From the NCBI GenBank assembly GCA_051362555.1, contig CM120643.1, forward strand, positions 20,836,848-20,900,847: a DNA stretch of 64,000 nucleotides, written 5' to 3'. Position numbers and translations under genes: made by a program. Origin of the DNA: Lingula anatina. Lineage: Eukaryota; Animalia; Brachiopoda. This document shows positions 1 through 13,326 of the stretch, in pieces; positions within the stretch are counted from its first letter, which is position 1, and each line of letters begins with the position of its first letter. Below the pieces are notes generated by a model. That model was not told the DNA's origin. It did not search any database and worked only from the letters and a program-made list of their open reading frames with translations.

Positions 1-1360
1 GTCTGATGTAACACTGAGCGGATGTGGATATCAAGAGTGGAGCTCTGGCTGTAGGCAACCTTACATATGTTACACTTGTATGGCTTCTTATCCTCTGTCT
101 GATTGCCTGATAGGGCAGGGCTGCTGGGCATGGGAGATGTGGATGATGTTGGTGCTGTCAACCCTGAAGAGGGCGCTGCAGCCAGGGCAGAAGTTGTAGG
201 GTGTGAGCTCCCTACGATGGAGGTGCCCAGAGAGACCCCAGTAGATGTCCCAGGAGGGCTTGAACTGCTAGGGGTGAGGGGGCTGGTGGCTGAGGAGCTG
301 TTACCCTGTGTTCCTTCAAAATGCTGTTGTTGCTGCTTTAGCTTATGGAGGTGCGACACCGAGTTGTAGTGAACCAGAAGTATGTTTTTCTGTGTAAATG
401 ACTCCTTACAGGTCTCACACTTGAATGGTCTGTTGGGGTCCAGGTATTTCTCCATGGGGTAACTCAGCTTGTCACCGCGGCGATGGAGTAAGGTTTTGTT
501 GTGCGCACTGAGGAAACTCTGCTTGGAGAATCCAACCTTACAGCGATGACACTTGTATTTCTTGGTGGGGTCATTGTAGCTGTTCTCAGCAAATGCCTGA
601 GTGTTGATGTACTCGAAGTCTGACTGGGTCGAGTCGTTTGATGCCTCATTGGAGTTGTCGTTCACATCCAACATATCTTCCCCTCGACTCAAAGAATTCT
701 CATCCACAGAAGGAGATTTGGTCATGTCTGATTCTCCCATGTTTGCTCCATCTGAGTTATCTATAGCCAAATGATCACCAGGAACATCATCTTTGTCCTC
801 GTCATCTTGGTGATTGTTAGACAGTTGCTGTAGTGACTGTTGTTGCTGGGTCAGGATGACCAGTGGGTTGGCAGCCATTCGTGACTGGTAATCGGCTATC
901 TCGGCCTCTGACATGGTCTCGAAGTGAGCAGCCTCCATGTGCTGCTGCATAGAGGCTACAGTACGGAAGCTGCGGTTACATATTATGCATTTGGTGGCAG
1001 CACGGATCATGTGGTACTGCTGGTGCTGCTGTAGCTTCTCCATGGTTTTGAACGCCAAGCTACACTGACTGCAGCGAAACTTATAGACGTGGCGTTCAGA
1101 TATGGCTGCCTGCTGTCGTTTGGCGTGAATTTCTCTGAAGTGAACCTGAAGGGACTGGGCCGTCTTGAAGTACTGGTTACAGCCTTTCTTCCAGCAAAGG
1201 TACCCGGGTCCGCGTGGTGTCTGCTTCAGCTCCAGGTGACCCAGCTCGTTTTGGTGTGCGTACAGGAGGTCGATGTTCTGGAATGTCTTGGTGCATGTCT
1301 GGCAGCGGTATTCATCATTCAAGGGGTGTTGCTCCAGGTTAATGAAGTCTGGGGATGCAC
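1..1360 (-). CDS. zfh2: zfh2 large coding exon, runs off the window (missed by the ORF track)
   Basis: Acceptor tattttctag|GT, phase 1. Manual translation is open to base 1 and includes YLCWKKGCNQYFKTAQSLQVHFREIH, RHVYKFRCSQCSLAFKTMEKLQQHQQYH, LDPNRPFKCETCKESFTQKNILLVHYNSVSHLHK and KPYKCNICKVAYSQSSTLDIHIRSVLHQ, all ZFHX3/4 hallmarks. Confidence 0.96.
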
Positions 1361-1493
1361 CTAGAAAATACACAATATGAAATTCCATCATGTCATTTTC
1401 TCTTTGGTCTGAAAATGTCAATTTGTCTTTAACTGCTACAAACAAGGCTGAAAGATGAGAAATCTCTTTTTCCCTCAGACCTAGAATAGACCT

Positions 1494-1550
1494 ATCCATG
1501 CACTCCATACATACACATGCACATTATAGGTATGTATGGAGTTCATGGAT
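1494..1550. repeat. 57-nt hairpin, 21-bp arms
   Basis: ATCCATGCACTCCATACATAC (1494-1514) vs GTATGTATGGAGTTCATGGAT (1530-1550); 20/21 paired. Confidence 0.85.
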
Positions 1551-2288
1551 TGTCAGTTGTGCAAATCGTCAATTAAGTAACAAAACATGAACATAAATCA
1601 CATTACTTCTTCAGTGTAGATGCATTCAGTTGAGATCATAGTCCTATACTCCTATACTATTTCTAGGATCTAGTGTGCGTGTGTGTTTGTGTGTGTGTGT
1701 GTGCTGACATTTAGTATACAGTTTGAGGTATTTACCTTCAACATCTCCACTGAAGAAATATTTTTCAACTAACTGCTATTTGCAAATGAACAATTATTTG
1801 CAACTGCCACTGCATATCAAGCAGCTTCAAACAAGCTGCTAATTACTTCCTAGTTCAAATTGCCTAATTAGGACTAACTATCACCACTAAAAATTACTTA
1901 GTTATTTGAAGATAAGGTGAGAAACATTTTTCACACAAAACAGACCGCTTCTGATTTTTTTCCTAGACTGTTCTTAATTATTTGAGATCAAAATGAAGAT
2001 AAAGAGGACAAAAAATTGTTAACAAGAAATAGAACACATCTTTAAGATTTTTTTCTTCAATGCAAAACATTGTCTTACATGAAGGCTTGTAAGTTGCTTG
2101 AAAAATATTTTAAAAACTTTATTAACAAAAAGAACCAAACATTTTACTTTATAAATACAATCAGCAAAAGAAAAAAGGCTACCACTTTAATACTTATAAA
2201 AGTCCCAAAAATGTTTTTTTATTTACATATTCCTTAAAAGAACCATGAATTTTGTTTTCAACGATATAGACTTTCATGCTCTCCTCAC

Positions 2289-2672
2289 CGTTGTCAGCCT
2301 GCAGTTCATCCGCCGTCTGCTGTGGATCATCTCCTCTCTTACTCTCTTCAGAGGGCGCCACTGTATGGTCAGGTTTAGAGGCCGGAACCGCATCCACCAT
2401 GGACAGTATTCTCTGCATGCCCTCCTTGCTGACATTGTGAACCTTCATCAGGTGACCCTCCATGGCCAGAGTGTCCATACACGCCTCCTGGCACAGTGGA
2501 CACGGCTGGCTCTGGCTGGACTGAGACGGTGCCGCTTGCTGATGTTGTTGTTGCTGCTGCTGCTGGTTGTTATGTTGCTGTAGAACATGTGTGTGCATGC
2601 GCACCTCGCTACTGCACGTGTAGTTACAGAATGGACACATCTGGTGATGGTCTAGAGAGTTCCCTGTAGCAC
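2289..2672 (-). CDS. zfh2: zfh2 coding exon (384 nt) with two C2H2 fingers and a polyQ linker
   Basis: Acceptor ttctctccag|GT, donor AACG|gtgagg, phase 1-1. CPFCNYTCSSEVRMHTHVLQQH and CPLCQEACMDTLAMEGHLMKVH match the CPxC/CPLCQ finger pair of the ZFHX family. Confidence 0.92.
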
Positions 2673-3252
2673 CTGGAGAGAACAAAAAGAGAGCCATTGT
2701 TAATATCATCACCATCATTTCTAACAGCATTTATTTCTTATTCATATAAATATAAAATGCTTTTCTTCCAATATATGAAAGAAGAAAGTAAAAGCATAAG
2801 CCATTATGTTCAGACTGTCATTTTTATTACTGAGAGATAAGTTCTTATTTTTCTCTTCATATGAAGTTTTTCATTAATGTGTGTGTATGTGTGTGTTAGA
2901 GAGTGAGAGATCAAACACTATCTAAACAAACAAACAAACAAACAAACAAACGCAAGTCAAAGGCAAACACATTAAATATGGATTATCAAACATGGCTGCT
3001 GCAATCCCTTACACAGCAGCAACACTACATTTTCATCTCTGACTGCCTTCTTAACATAGCACAGCTTAAGATCTGCCCTGATTATCAGTTTCAAGTGTCT
3101 CTGTCTGCCGAGTATGACCTGACCGCCCTAACTGCGTGAGTTATTAACATCAAAAAATCAATACATAATAGAAACCCATTTAAATATCAGTGCCCATTAA
3201 GTCATGATGCACAGGAATTGGAGAAAGGAGAGAAAGAGAGAGTGAGTGAGAA

Positions 3253-3255
<3 letters not shown>

Positions 3256-3283
<28 letters not shown>
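3256..3283. repeat. (GA)n microsatellite
   Basis: Read directly. Confidence 0.9.
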
Positions 3284-3287
<4 letters not shown>

Positions 3288-4939
3288 ATGTAACCGAGGT
3301 CTGCAGCCATTTAAATTGAGATATGTATTTTATTGGTGTTGCCGTGGTAAAGTGTAGTTTGCCAGGATACAGTGCTGGGCCCCAAGCTTTCTTATGACTG
3401 TGCCCTGCAGTAATAACATCCCAGGATATCCTAATCTAACTAAGAGTACTTGATGAGAGTCTAAACCACCAGGCTTGAAAAATACTTGAAAAAATCCCGC
3501 TACATGGCCTGGCTGATGAGAACCATCTGGGGCGGTTCAAGATAATTACGAAAATCAATGTTTTCCTTAATTACTAACGATGCTCTGGTGCTTAATAAGG
3601 CTCACAACCCTTGCCGGCACAATGGGTAGCAAGCATTCTGACTTGTAGGCGGCCATTCCTGCGGTGAGGAGAGGAACGCACTGATTAATCTTCAAAATCT
3701 CGAGTCTGATCATTTTCCTGTGTGCTAAATTAGAAAGGGTCTGTGATTAACGTAATGAGAAATCGACATCAAATTTCAGCGCCATTGAAATGGTGTGCCT
3801 CCCCATTGTTCTGCTGTAAGAGGCTGGAACAATGGCACACATACCATCTCCACTGATCTGCAGCTTTCAGTGAAATGACTACACTGAGAATATTATGGTT
3901 TGTTTCCCTGCACACTGCAGCCATTCATCAGTCACAATGCGCCCGCCATAACGCTGGGCTGCACAATCTAAAAACAAAGTGCAAAGACATCAGATTTATT
4001 TTCTCAGGTGTGAAGCCAAGGTTGCCGCTGTCTCATAGTTTTCTCATCTTAATCAAATCACCCTGCCCTAGTGTTATAGATTTTGTAATTAGTCCGAGAT
4101 TACAAGTAAAATTAATCAACTCCTTAGAATATAACTCTCAGTGCTGACCCTGATTCCTGCTGTGACTTTGGTATATATTACAAAGAACACTAATATGGTC
4201 AGACAAAGTCAGACATACTCTGAGTATAAGTCAGGGCAGACTGAAATTAATGATTAATAAATGACTGGTTTATAAATTTAATTATCTTTTTTTTTCTTTT
4301 TATTGCTCCTTTTAAAGCATAAGATTGAGGATGAGATGACAAATGATCTGTAGCCATCAGCACGTACAAATATTCCTTGTTTTCTCACGTAAAGAGTTCC
4401 CAAACTCCTTTTGTGATTAATGAAAGGAAATTATAAATGTGTCTTTCATTCTATTTTCAACACTTGAAATTAAATTGGTTTAATTAGGGCCATCTTCAAA
4501 GGAAAGAGATGGGCAAAATAAGTGACATAGCAGAGGGTCTCAGTCTGTTTATGTGGGTTGTGACACGCATTCAAAAGTACTCATAACTTAACTTTCAGGC
4601 TGATGAATTAAGAATTAAAAATGTTTGCTACATGACTGCCATCTTTAATGGGATTAAGCAACAAAACTTACTGATATGAATGTAGAATTCATTCCTTAAC
4701 ATCTAAGTTTTAGTTTACTCCAAAACTAATTTGTTGCAACTCTTGTCCAATCAAAATATATTTGAACCCCAGGAAATTTTGTTTTTGTCAGTTTGACAAA
4801 GTGAATGTTTTCATACAGTGTATGATAATGATATAATCCAAAAGCAACTAAAAGTCGTTTAAATTTTCAAAGTTAAACTTAACATATCTGAATCAGTCAA
4901 TCATATATAAACAAAGGATTGTTTTCGAATATAGAGTAA

Positions 4940-5165
4940 GGGTGTATTTCCAGAGATTTAGATCGATCCAGGGATTAAAATTTAGATCGACCTAACTCCC
5001 TGGGGGTTCACGCTAAATTGCAGTCAGACGATGGCGCACCATAGTTAATTACCCCTTTACAGCTTTTAGTAGGCGGGTCAGACGCTTAAGCCGGCCAAGC
5101 TGACAGTAATCTAGTGAGACTCCCCACAGGGATAGATCGATCTAAAAATCTATGGAAATGGGGTG
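4940..5165. mobile_element. 226-bp degenerate MITE, Harbinger/Tourist-like
   Basis: TAA on both flanks (4937-4939, 5166-5168). Inverted arms 4940-5027 and 5100-5165 share ATTTCCA..AGAT..TTAGATCGATC and TCCCTG..GGGG..GTCAG. Confidence 0.65.
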
Positions 5166-5877
5166 TAAGACAAACCAATCAAAAAGATCTTTTGGTTGCT
5201 TTAACGGTATATATCAAAGTAAGAAATAAGACCAGTTGTGTGATTGATAATGGGCACAAAACTCAAATACATTTATTAAATCCACATTTCTGCTTTTAAA
5301 TAAATAAATAAATTAATTAATAAATAAATAAAAAATTAGCATGGATCTTGTTATCAAAAGAGCCAAAGAAGAATTAAAGTTCATACAAAATATTTTAAGT
5401 TGTTACACATTTGTATAATTTGTTTTGAGTGAATAAAGAATTATATACATGTATAAAAATAGGCAAAAAGAAATTCGTGTCAATGATGGCATCAACAATC
5501 AAATTTAAAAGTTTTATTTTTCAGCAAAAGTTTGCTAACGCTATCCTTAAATCGTATATAATAATTTTTATCTTATATTAGTACTCAGGAAGAAGATCTG
5601 TCTCCAATCCAGTTGATCATCCCAAATACTAAATAAGCCATGAGTATACAACTCTATTTTCGTATCCAATTGTATTTGTTATTGTACAAATAATTGTCTA
5701 AAATCATGTCATATGTACTTTGTCATTTAAGCTTCTAATATCACCATCATAATAGTGGTTTCCCCACTTTTAGAATCTCTTCTCTTTCAGTGTTATGTTG
5801 ATTCCATATTATTTTAGCTCTAATGAGTACAGACGTCAAAATATAAGGTTTCTTTTCTATGAGAAATGCTATCCTAC

Positions 5878-5967
5878 CATTTGTGGACTCTAGTGTGCTG
5901 TCTGTGTCTTCTCTCACCACCTCTCCATCTTGACTAATGTCCATATCGTCAGCAACCTGGTCTCCAT
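5878..5967 (-). CDS. zfh2: zfh2 small acidic coding exon (90 nt, phase 1-1)
   Basis: GC-richer island in AT-rich intron; acceptor tttatttttcaag|, donor G|gtagga. Reads (D)GDQVADDMDISQDGEVVREDTDSTLESTN(G) in frame with both neighbouring exons. Confidence 0.75.
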
Positions 5968-8900
5968 CTTGAAAAATAAAGAACATTCTTTATCACACTA
6001 TAATAATAAATATGTAAAAGTATTAATACGATATTTAACTTTTTATGGTAAGGCTTGCGACTGCATATCGGCATATTAAAAAACATTGTGATATTTCTCA
6101 CTTCTGTCAGAGAAGTGTGAACTCTTTTGCAGATTAGAACACGCAAATTGCATGCTGTAACACTAAAAACATGTAACTCTGCTAAATGAAAAATAATGTA
6201 TGCAATAGAACAGATTACACTTTACCATCCAAATTTTCAAACAAACTCCTCCTGTACAACTAGGAAATGATTAAGTTGAAAAACATGTTGACAACCGATA
6301 ATTCACAAGGTGAGGAAAGGGCATTCACCTTTGAATGGTTCTAAGAACTTTCAAACAATCTAACTGAGATCATTGAGATTATTGTCCCATTATTCTAGTC
6401 TATTTTGAAGAAAAATTAGGAAATTTTTCACATTATGTATGTTGATACTGATCATGAGAAAAGTAAATTGTATTTAAAGAGATTTTTTTCCAAGTATTCA
6501 AGACCTTTCACTCTTCACCACATTTAGTGGTTTAAGGACGTACTTATATACCATCTTTTACTAAGAGAAAATAATAAACTTATTTCACAGTATGCTGATT
6601 CTGTCTATCAATCTTGTAAAGAAAAAAAAACATTTTATTAATGTCTTAAAAGAAAGACTTGTGTAGAAGAACTTTCAGTGATCCTGTTCTAAAAGTTTCA
6701 CCATTACAAAGATAAACAAACACAATACCCCTCACAACTTCAGTTTTAATAAAGTTGTGTTATTAGTCCATCTAAAACTTATTTCTGCATTCGTTTTTTT
6801 TTTAATTTGCTCTTTTATTTTTCACTTACAGCAAGCTACATGTAACTGAATTTGTCTTTTATGATATTTATTCTTAGTAACAAAACATTTTGCAAAAAAA
6901 TTTTGAGGCACACTGAAGTACTTAATGGAAAGCTCCATAAAACTGGTGGGTTACAATATTTAAGATAAAAGCTAAAAAAAAAAAATAAAACACATAAATG
7001 AAGGGTACTAGTCTTTACATAGTTCAAATTTTAGTCTTTTTTATCACCAATTTTTGTCTTTCTTGTATTGTCATCAGCCATATACTGATTAGTGAGAGTA
7101 GCCACACCTTGATTAAAATATCTTCATATACCTAATCATCTGTCATAAATTTTCTTCGAAATTGAACAATATGTGTACAAATGGCATCTTAAATTTCTGT
7201 GTAATCCAATCTTCACTTGGAGTAACTGAGGTAAATTGGCATAGGTCATTGCAAAGAACAATAATCACAATAATTAGAGAAATGGGTTCATTTCTACATC
7301 AAACCCATCCTAATTTTCATTTATTTCCCAACAAAACAACCTGGCAGCAGTAATTAAGCTGTGGCAGTTCAAACAGGTTTGTTCCTGCATATGGAAGCAA
7401 GACATGACACACTTTAAGTTGTTTTACAGTTGACAAGGTACGATTAGCTTTTCCCTGAGATAGCTGGTAATAATTGAGATAGAGAGAGACGAGACAATGG
7501 TGGTGTTTTCTGTTTCAACAGGCTCAATAAACAACATTTCCCAACATTATATACACCCTAAATACTGATAATATTATCCTTGTTGATAATAAACTGGCTT
7601 TATTTTCTATTCAAATACCCCTGGCCAGGTTCAGAAATTTCTCCTATTTAAAGAGAAGATGGCTGTCACACTTGTTATAAATCCCTCTACTTACTTCCTG
7701 AAAAATCACAGCCCCTGCGGTATGGAGACACAAAGCACAGGTGTTAAGTTTGCTCCCAATTTGCAATTAATGGGGGCCTCATACACCCCCTTTTCAGAGC
7801 GTCTTCAAATCATTTCATCATTATGACTATAGGCATATCCAAAAACAAGAACCTGTGCTAACAAAGGGTTCACTGGGCCAGCTTTACGCACCACAACTTG
7901 TCTATTGGTTTCTCCGTCAACAACAAGTTCCCATTCACTCACCAGTGCCTTCTTTTATTATAACCCTGATAAATTACTCCCTCATATTCATTTAGAGGTC
8001 CTAAAAATAACTTGAAGTGATTTTCATGAAAAGATGTTAGATCAAAGCGAGAGAGGTGCGCTATTGTATCCTCTCCTTGCTGAGAACAAAGCAGAATGGG
8101 GGCATTTGATTGGAGAGTCAACATCCCACCATTACTCATTTTAATTTCAGCTCATTCAATTACCAATTTTAGTGTGAATGTTTTTTACAGAGTACACCTG
8201 ATTAACTCAAACTTGATTACATTCCCACACTCCAGGTTGAAGAGCCAACACAAGGACTTTCTCCCTGGTGTTGTTTAATTAGGGTGCCACTGTTACCCTC
8301 CCTTTTCTTCATCCCCTCTCCCCTCCAGCTTGATTAACATTATCTCACGACCATCTTATCCTAATGGCGTCTTAACAAATGCCCCAGCAGATAATGGCTG
8401 CTGGTCGCCTATTGTCTGTGTCTAAGGTGCGTCACTGCATCCTAACTCCAGTTACATGTACTCAGGATGAGAAGACAATCTAAAGCTTTAAGGAGTGCAC
8501 CTGAGAGATTATCATTAAATTTTGCCAACTTTTGTCTGTTAAATGCACAGGCATGTCACACCTCAGTGGGTCTCATAGCACAGAACACCTGACAATTGTC
8601 TGCATTTCTTTTAACAGATAGAAGGGTGACTAAGATAAACACCAAAACCAAAAGTTGAAGCTGTAATATATTTCAAGGTGCTACATATATATTTTTTTAT
8701 CTAAGGAATTTTATATCTCGGAACAAGATCAATGCGAGCCTATTTCTTCTTAAAGCCATCCCTACCTGTGTCCAAAAAATTAATTAAAAAAACATCACAA
8801 TTATCTTTTAGGATTCAGTTGTTTCTCCTGATTGATTAATTTGAGAGTTAAAAAAAATAATTGTGGTCCCATTACAGCTGGGTGAGCTTACTTAGACAAC

Positions 8901-11900
8901 AGAGGCCATAGGTATGTATCAACAGCTGAATGTTTTTGAAGAGCTGCAGGTTTTATTTTACAAGAACAAGCAAAGAATCCATAGAAATCTGTTGGCTATT
9001 TTTAGGCAACTTTCAGTTTAAATGGGACAATATAACTATCTGGCAGAGGTAAGCAGCTGTCAATGCAGATAATTAACATTTTACCTTATAGAGTATGTCC
9101 GAGCATGCACATGCACATACACACACATGCACGCACACATACACAGTTATCCATTTCCCTGTTAACTGTCATATGAACTATTAATATTTACCACAGTAAT
9201 ATGCTCATAACATGGTGCTATATCAAAAAGCAAGTGTTTAAAGGGTTCAGAGAGAAGAAAGGCAGGTTGGTATGTGTGTAAATAAGTGTGCATGCATTTA
9301 TGAGTGCATGTGTATGTGTGCATGTGCACTGGTGGGAGGGGCTGGGTGGATATGTGTGTGTGTGTGTGTGTTTGGGGTGGGGGGGGGGGGGAGGAGTCAA
9401 CAAAACAAAAACCTAACCACCAATATACAATACAGCACAAGGCAATACAAGTGAGATATTAGACCAAAGAAATGTTTCCAAAACTTGAACCAGTGCATAT
9501 TCACTCCAAGACTTGTGCACCAAGACACTTGTTAATTAAATATGTATCTCTCTCTAACGTCTAATGGAGAGGGGCCACACTTACAAGATCTGCAGGATAA
9601 GAATCTGATACAAGCCCTGCCTTATCTCCATGGGTCTAGAACTTCAGTTTAATTGATGCTTATCAGAGGTCGTGAACTTCTGACCAGGAGCTCCCTGTCC
9701 ACTTGCATAAACCTCTTTTTCCTTCAGACTTGAGCCATGTTCGTTATCTGTCACCCTCTTTACTAATTCCTCTTATCAGATCTCCCCAACAGTCTCATTA
9801 CAGCACTGATATTAACTGCTGTTTAATGGGCACATACCGTGTCATTTCCTCACCAAACCTTCATTAAAATGGCACATTTCTTTAATTGTTCTCTTAATTA
9901 CTGGCATCTATAGTTTACTGACAGTTCACCTGTGGAACAATAATATCCTGAGTGGCGTCAACCAGGGTGACATCGTAAGATGCCGAGATATGATGACTTT
10001 TAATTTCTAGAAAAATATGAGGACTGTTATAATGTTATTAATGTATAAATATTTTTCATTATCATCTTGGTAGTTTTCAGACAGTAATTTTTAGTTTACC
10101 TAATATCAGCCATGGGGAAATAATTTTATATTTAACATGCTGTCACCATAAAAAAAAAAAAAATAAATAAATAAATTTTGCTACTACTTCTACTTTGAGG
10201 ATATAAATATATTAATAAATCATATTCTGACACCAGTTTCTAAAATAAATAAATGAAATTGCTGAATTTAACTTGGGCATTTTAGCAGACAACAATGAAT
10301 ATATACAGTACTAAATACCATGACTTTTTCTGCGACACAGGCATTGTCATCCTACCCCTCATGTAGTCAGCCATGCAACAATATACATATTTATTTTCAC
10401 CTGTGTGCAGGTTTGTTAACATTCTGAAATGTAGGTGCTTTAGAAAACTGTGAGTATTATACTGAAGTATTGCTTTTTTTCTGTTTTTCCCATTCTTTTG
10501 TACCTGGTGAAATGATGCAATTGCTTTTTCAAGGACTTTCAGGCAGTACCAACGCTCCTTAAGGATTCTGGGATACCTATGGCTTCTCTGCCAGGTCCAC
10601 CACCAAGAGACTGGATAGGGCAGGGTAAATGACTTACAGGTTATAACGATGTATTGATTCACTTGATAAATCTTGACAAATGTCTCCATTCATTCAAAAT
10701 GAAACTTGAATGTGATTCTTCGCCATCTTTTGTAAGAAAGAAAATGAAGAAATCTCCCTGACCAGCGCACCCTCTCAGCTCCCTAAAACACTCTTTTTTC
10801 CCAGGGGGTTAATAAGCAACTATGTTCTTTTTTTCATTAGTACTTCAATTATTCAGATTTCTGCCTATTCTTAGCCTCTAATGAAGAAATCACACTAATT
10901 ACAGTTTTCCGTGTCCAATAAATTAGTTCTGATTTCTTCAAATTACATGACGTGCAGTAGCCCTTCTCCCCATACACAACAACATAAGTAACTGTTCACA
11001 AATATGTCCATGTGCCCAGACAGTGCATTTCTGAAGCCATCCCCCTCTTGTAGGAATGTCCCTGGACTGTGTATTTTTGTAACGTTCCTTGAAAGCTTCA
11101 ACTGACACGTTATTTTCTATTAGCATTCTAGGAAAGAAATACAGGCCGTTTACAGCTATTATCTGAATTAAGTGCCATGAATGTAAGTGGGGGCACACAT
11201 TTTTTCTTTCTTATTACAAAAATGATGCATAGTGGTATTATGTGGCCTTGGCCAGATCATCGTTTGGTCAGCTACTGCAAATATCAGAAATTGCCTGCAT
11301 TTTCCACTAAGCAACTTCATTAATGATGTAGTTAGTTAATATAGTAACATCATTCAGAAATCAGAAAAATTAAATTTACTTCTTTTTTTTTTCTTTTTGG
11401 AAAAAATCCAAAGCACTAATAAACCATAGGAAAGCTATGTACAAGCTTTCTGTAACTGATTACAGTGCTATGGATCTGCCACTTAGAATGACCAAAGTAG
11501 CTGGCTAGTTCCTCAATTCCCCACTGAGCTACTTGCTTGTCCACTCTCCTAAACCACCACTGTCCAAACAACATCAACCTGCTAGTGATTTCATCCAAAT
11601 TGTAACAAAATAATCTCTTACAACAAACATGCTGCAAAAGTTAATTCTCAGTCATAATCCCTCTCTTGCGCAAGCAGGTTTTTTTTACAACCTTGCCCTC
11701 AAGTCTCTTTAACCAGAATAAGCTGATTTTTGCCTCCTTATCTAATACGCTGGGAAAGTGTTTTTAACTCTAATTATCCTACGCAAAAAACTGACAAGGT
11801 ATAAGCAATTGACATCAGGCTGGTAAACAGAAGACCAGCTGCGGTGCATTGGTAACCATGGTGATAAATTAACAAAATTTCGCAACATCAAAAGCAACAT

Positions 11901-13326
11901 AAAATAATCGACGCCTGGTCTGTAATAACCACAAGCTGGTGCGGCCATTTTTCTTGATGAAGGATGGACGGCCACTTCGCTGGGTGCTCGGTCAGACCGC
12001 ATTCTCACGCAGTCCACCTCCAGCTATTAATTAACACTAGGCCTTCTTTTTAGGCCCCGTCTGTCCGAGCCCAGCCAGCACCATGTGATTTTACTTTAAT
12101 CACTTTTCAACTTCAGACTCATTTCCCACACTGGATCATTTATCTAATTTCCCCCTTTCCTTCCATCTGAGAAGCTTGCCTCCATTAATCACCTATACAT
12201 TGTTGCACCCCAGTGCCATTAACGGGATTTAAGTTAATTATAAAATGACATGGCTCTGTTGAAATTTGATCAGTTTTTCTCCATATCTTTTAAGTAGATT
12301 TTTTTACACCTGTTTGGGTTCATTGATGTCTGTACCCAGGTTCACGTCAGTCTACACAGATTATATGACTCAGTCTCTCTCTCTGACAGCAGAAACTTTT
12401 CTAATTAATAGCAAGCACCTGTGTGGAGCAATATTTTGGAATGTCCATCTTAGCTCCAGCCAACTGAGTGACCAGACACTGACCCATGGTCAACATCACT
12501 CTCATTCCTTAATTACAACTTTTCATGGAAATTCACGCCAATAAATGAGACTTATCTTTAATGTCTTTATGGAAATGAGCTGCCGCAGTCAATACAGAAC
12601 TTAATTCCTTCCATCATGAACATAAACACACAAAATTGGACGGGAGAATTGGATTAATGCAGTTCTCTTTAAATTTGATGAATAAAATGTCTTCCTGATG
12701 CATAAAAAGACAACTGGTAATCTATTCTCATTTGGCTGGGTCACAGCTATTATAGGAACACCTTGCTGAGATGTTCTGCAGCCCATTTGTCTGGCGTTCT
12801 AATTACTATTAAAGGTCAGTGGCATAATTTTCCCTGACACTTCCAACCTCCAGATGCAAATGAGCCCCAGTGAAAGAATGCCAAGTCTCTGTGGGGGAAA
12901 GAGTCATGCCTGAACTAATGTGAAGTCATTCATTCATTGGACAGCCTACTGTCCTGGCTACTGGCACCAAAACCAAACTGACCCTTTCTAGGGCCCCATT
13001 CCACAAACAAATCTTCTGAAGTTTTTTGGGCTCAGTTTAAAGCCTGCTAAACCTCGATAGCTGATAATGTAAAATGGACTTGGTAATAGTAGCCCAAGGC
13101 CACTTTATTTACAATCGGCCCACAATAAATTTAACTGACATGTCTAAAAATGCCAAAGCCACCACAATGAGTTAAGCATCAGTGACAAGACAATATCAAT
13201 ACCTGGTCTTTTAAGCTTTAATTCTCAGATTAAGACCCAAGAAATGGCTGAAGGGTCTTGAAAAGAACAACTTGGGTCTCTTTTCCAATGAAACTTATCA
13301 ATCTATGTAGATCAACCAAACTCCAT

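Noticed and set aside
6301-6336. Short hairpins (ATTCACAAGGTGA/TCACCTTTGAAT; others near 16990 and 50210)
   Set aside because: Stems of 13 bp or less are expected by chance in 64 kb.
9101-9330. CA-rich tract and downstream TG-rich tract that could base-pair
   Set aside because: Low-complexity purine-pyrimidine repeats complement each other by chance.
10282-10689. 135-aa minus-strand ORF (likewise 37264-37713, 59383-59769, 61642-62016)
   Set aside because: No recognisable transposase, reverse-transcriptase or cellular motif, and not needed for the phase-consistent gene model.
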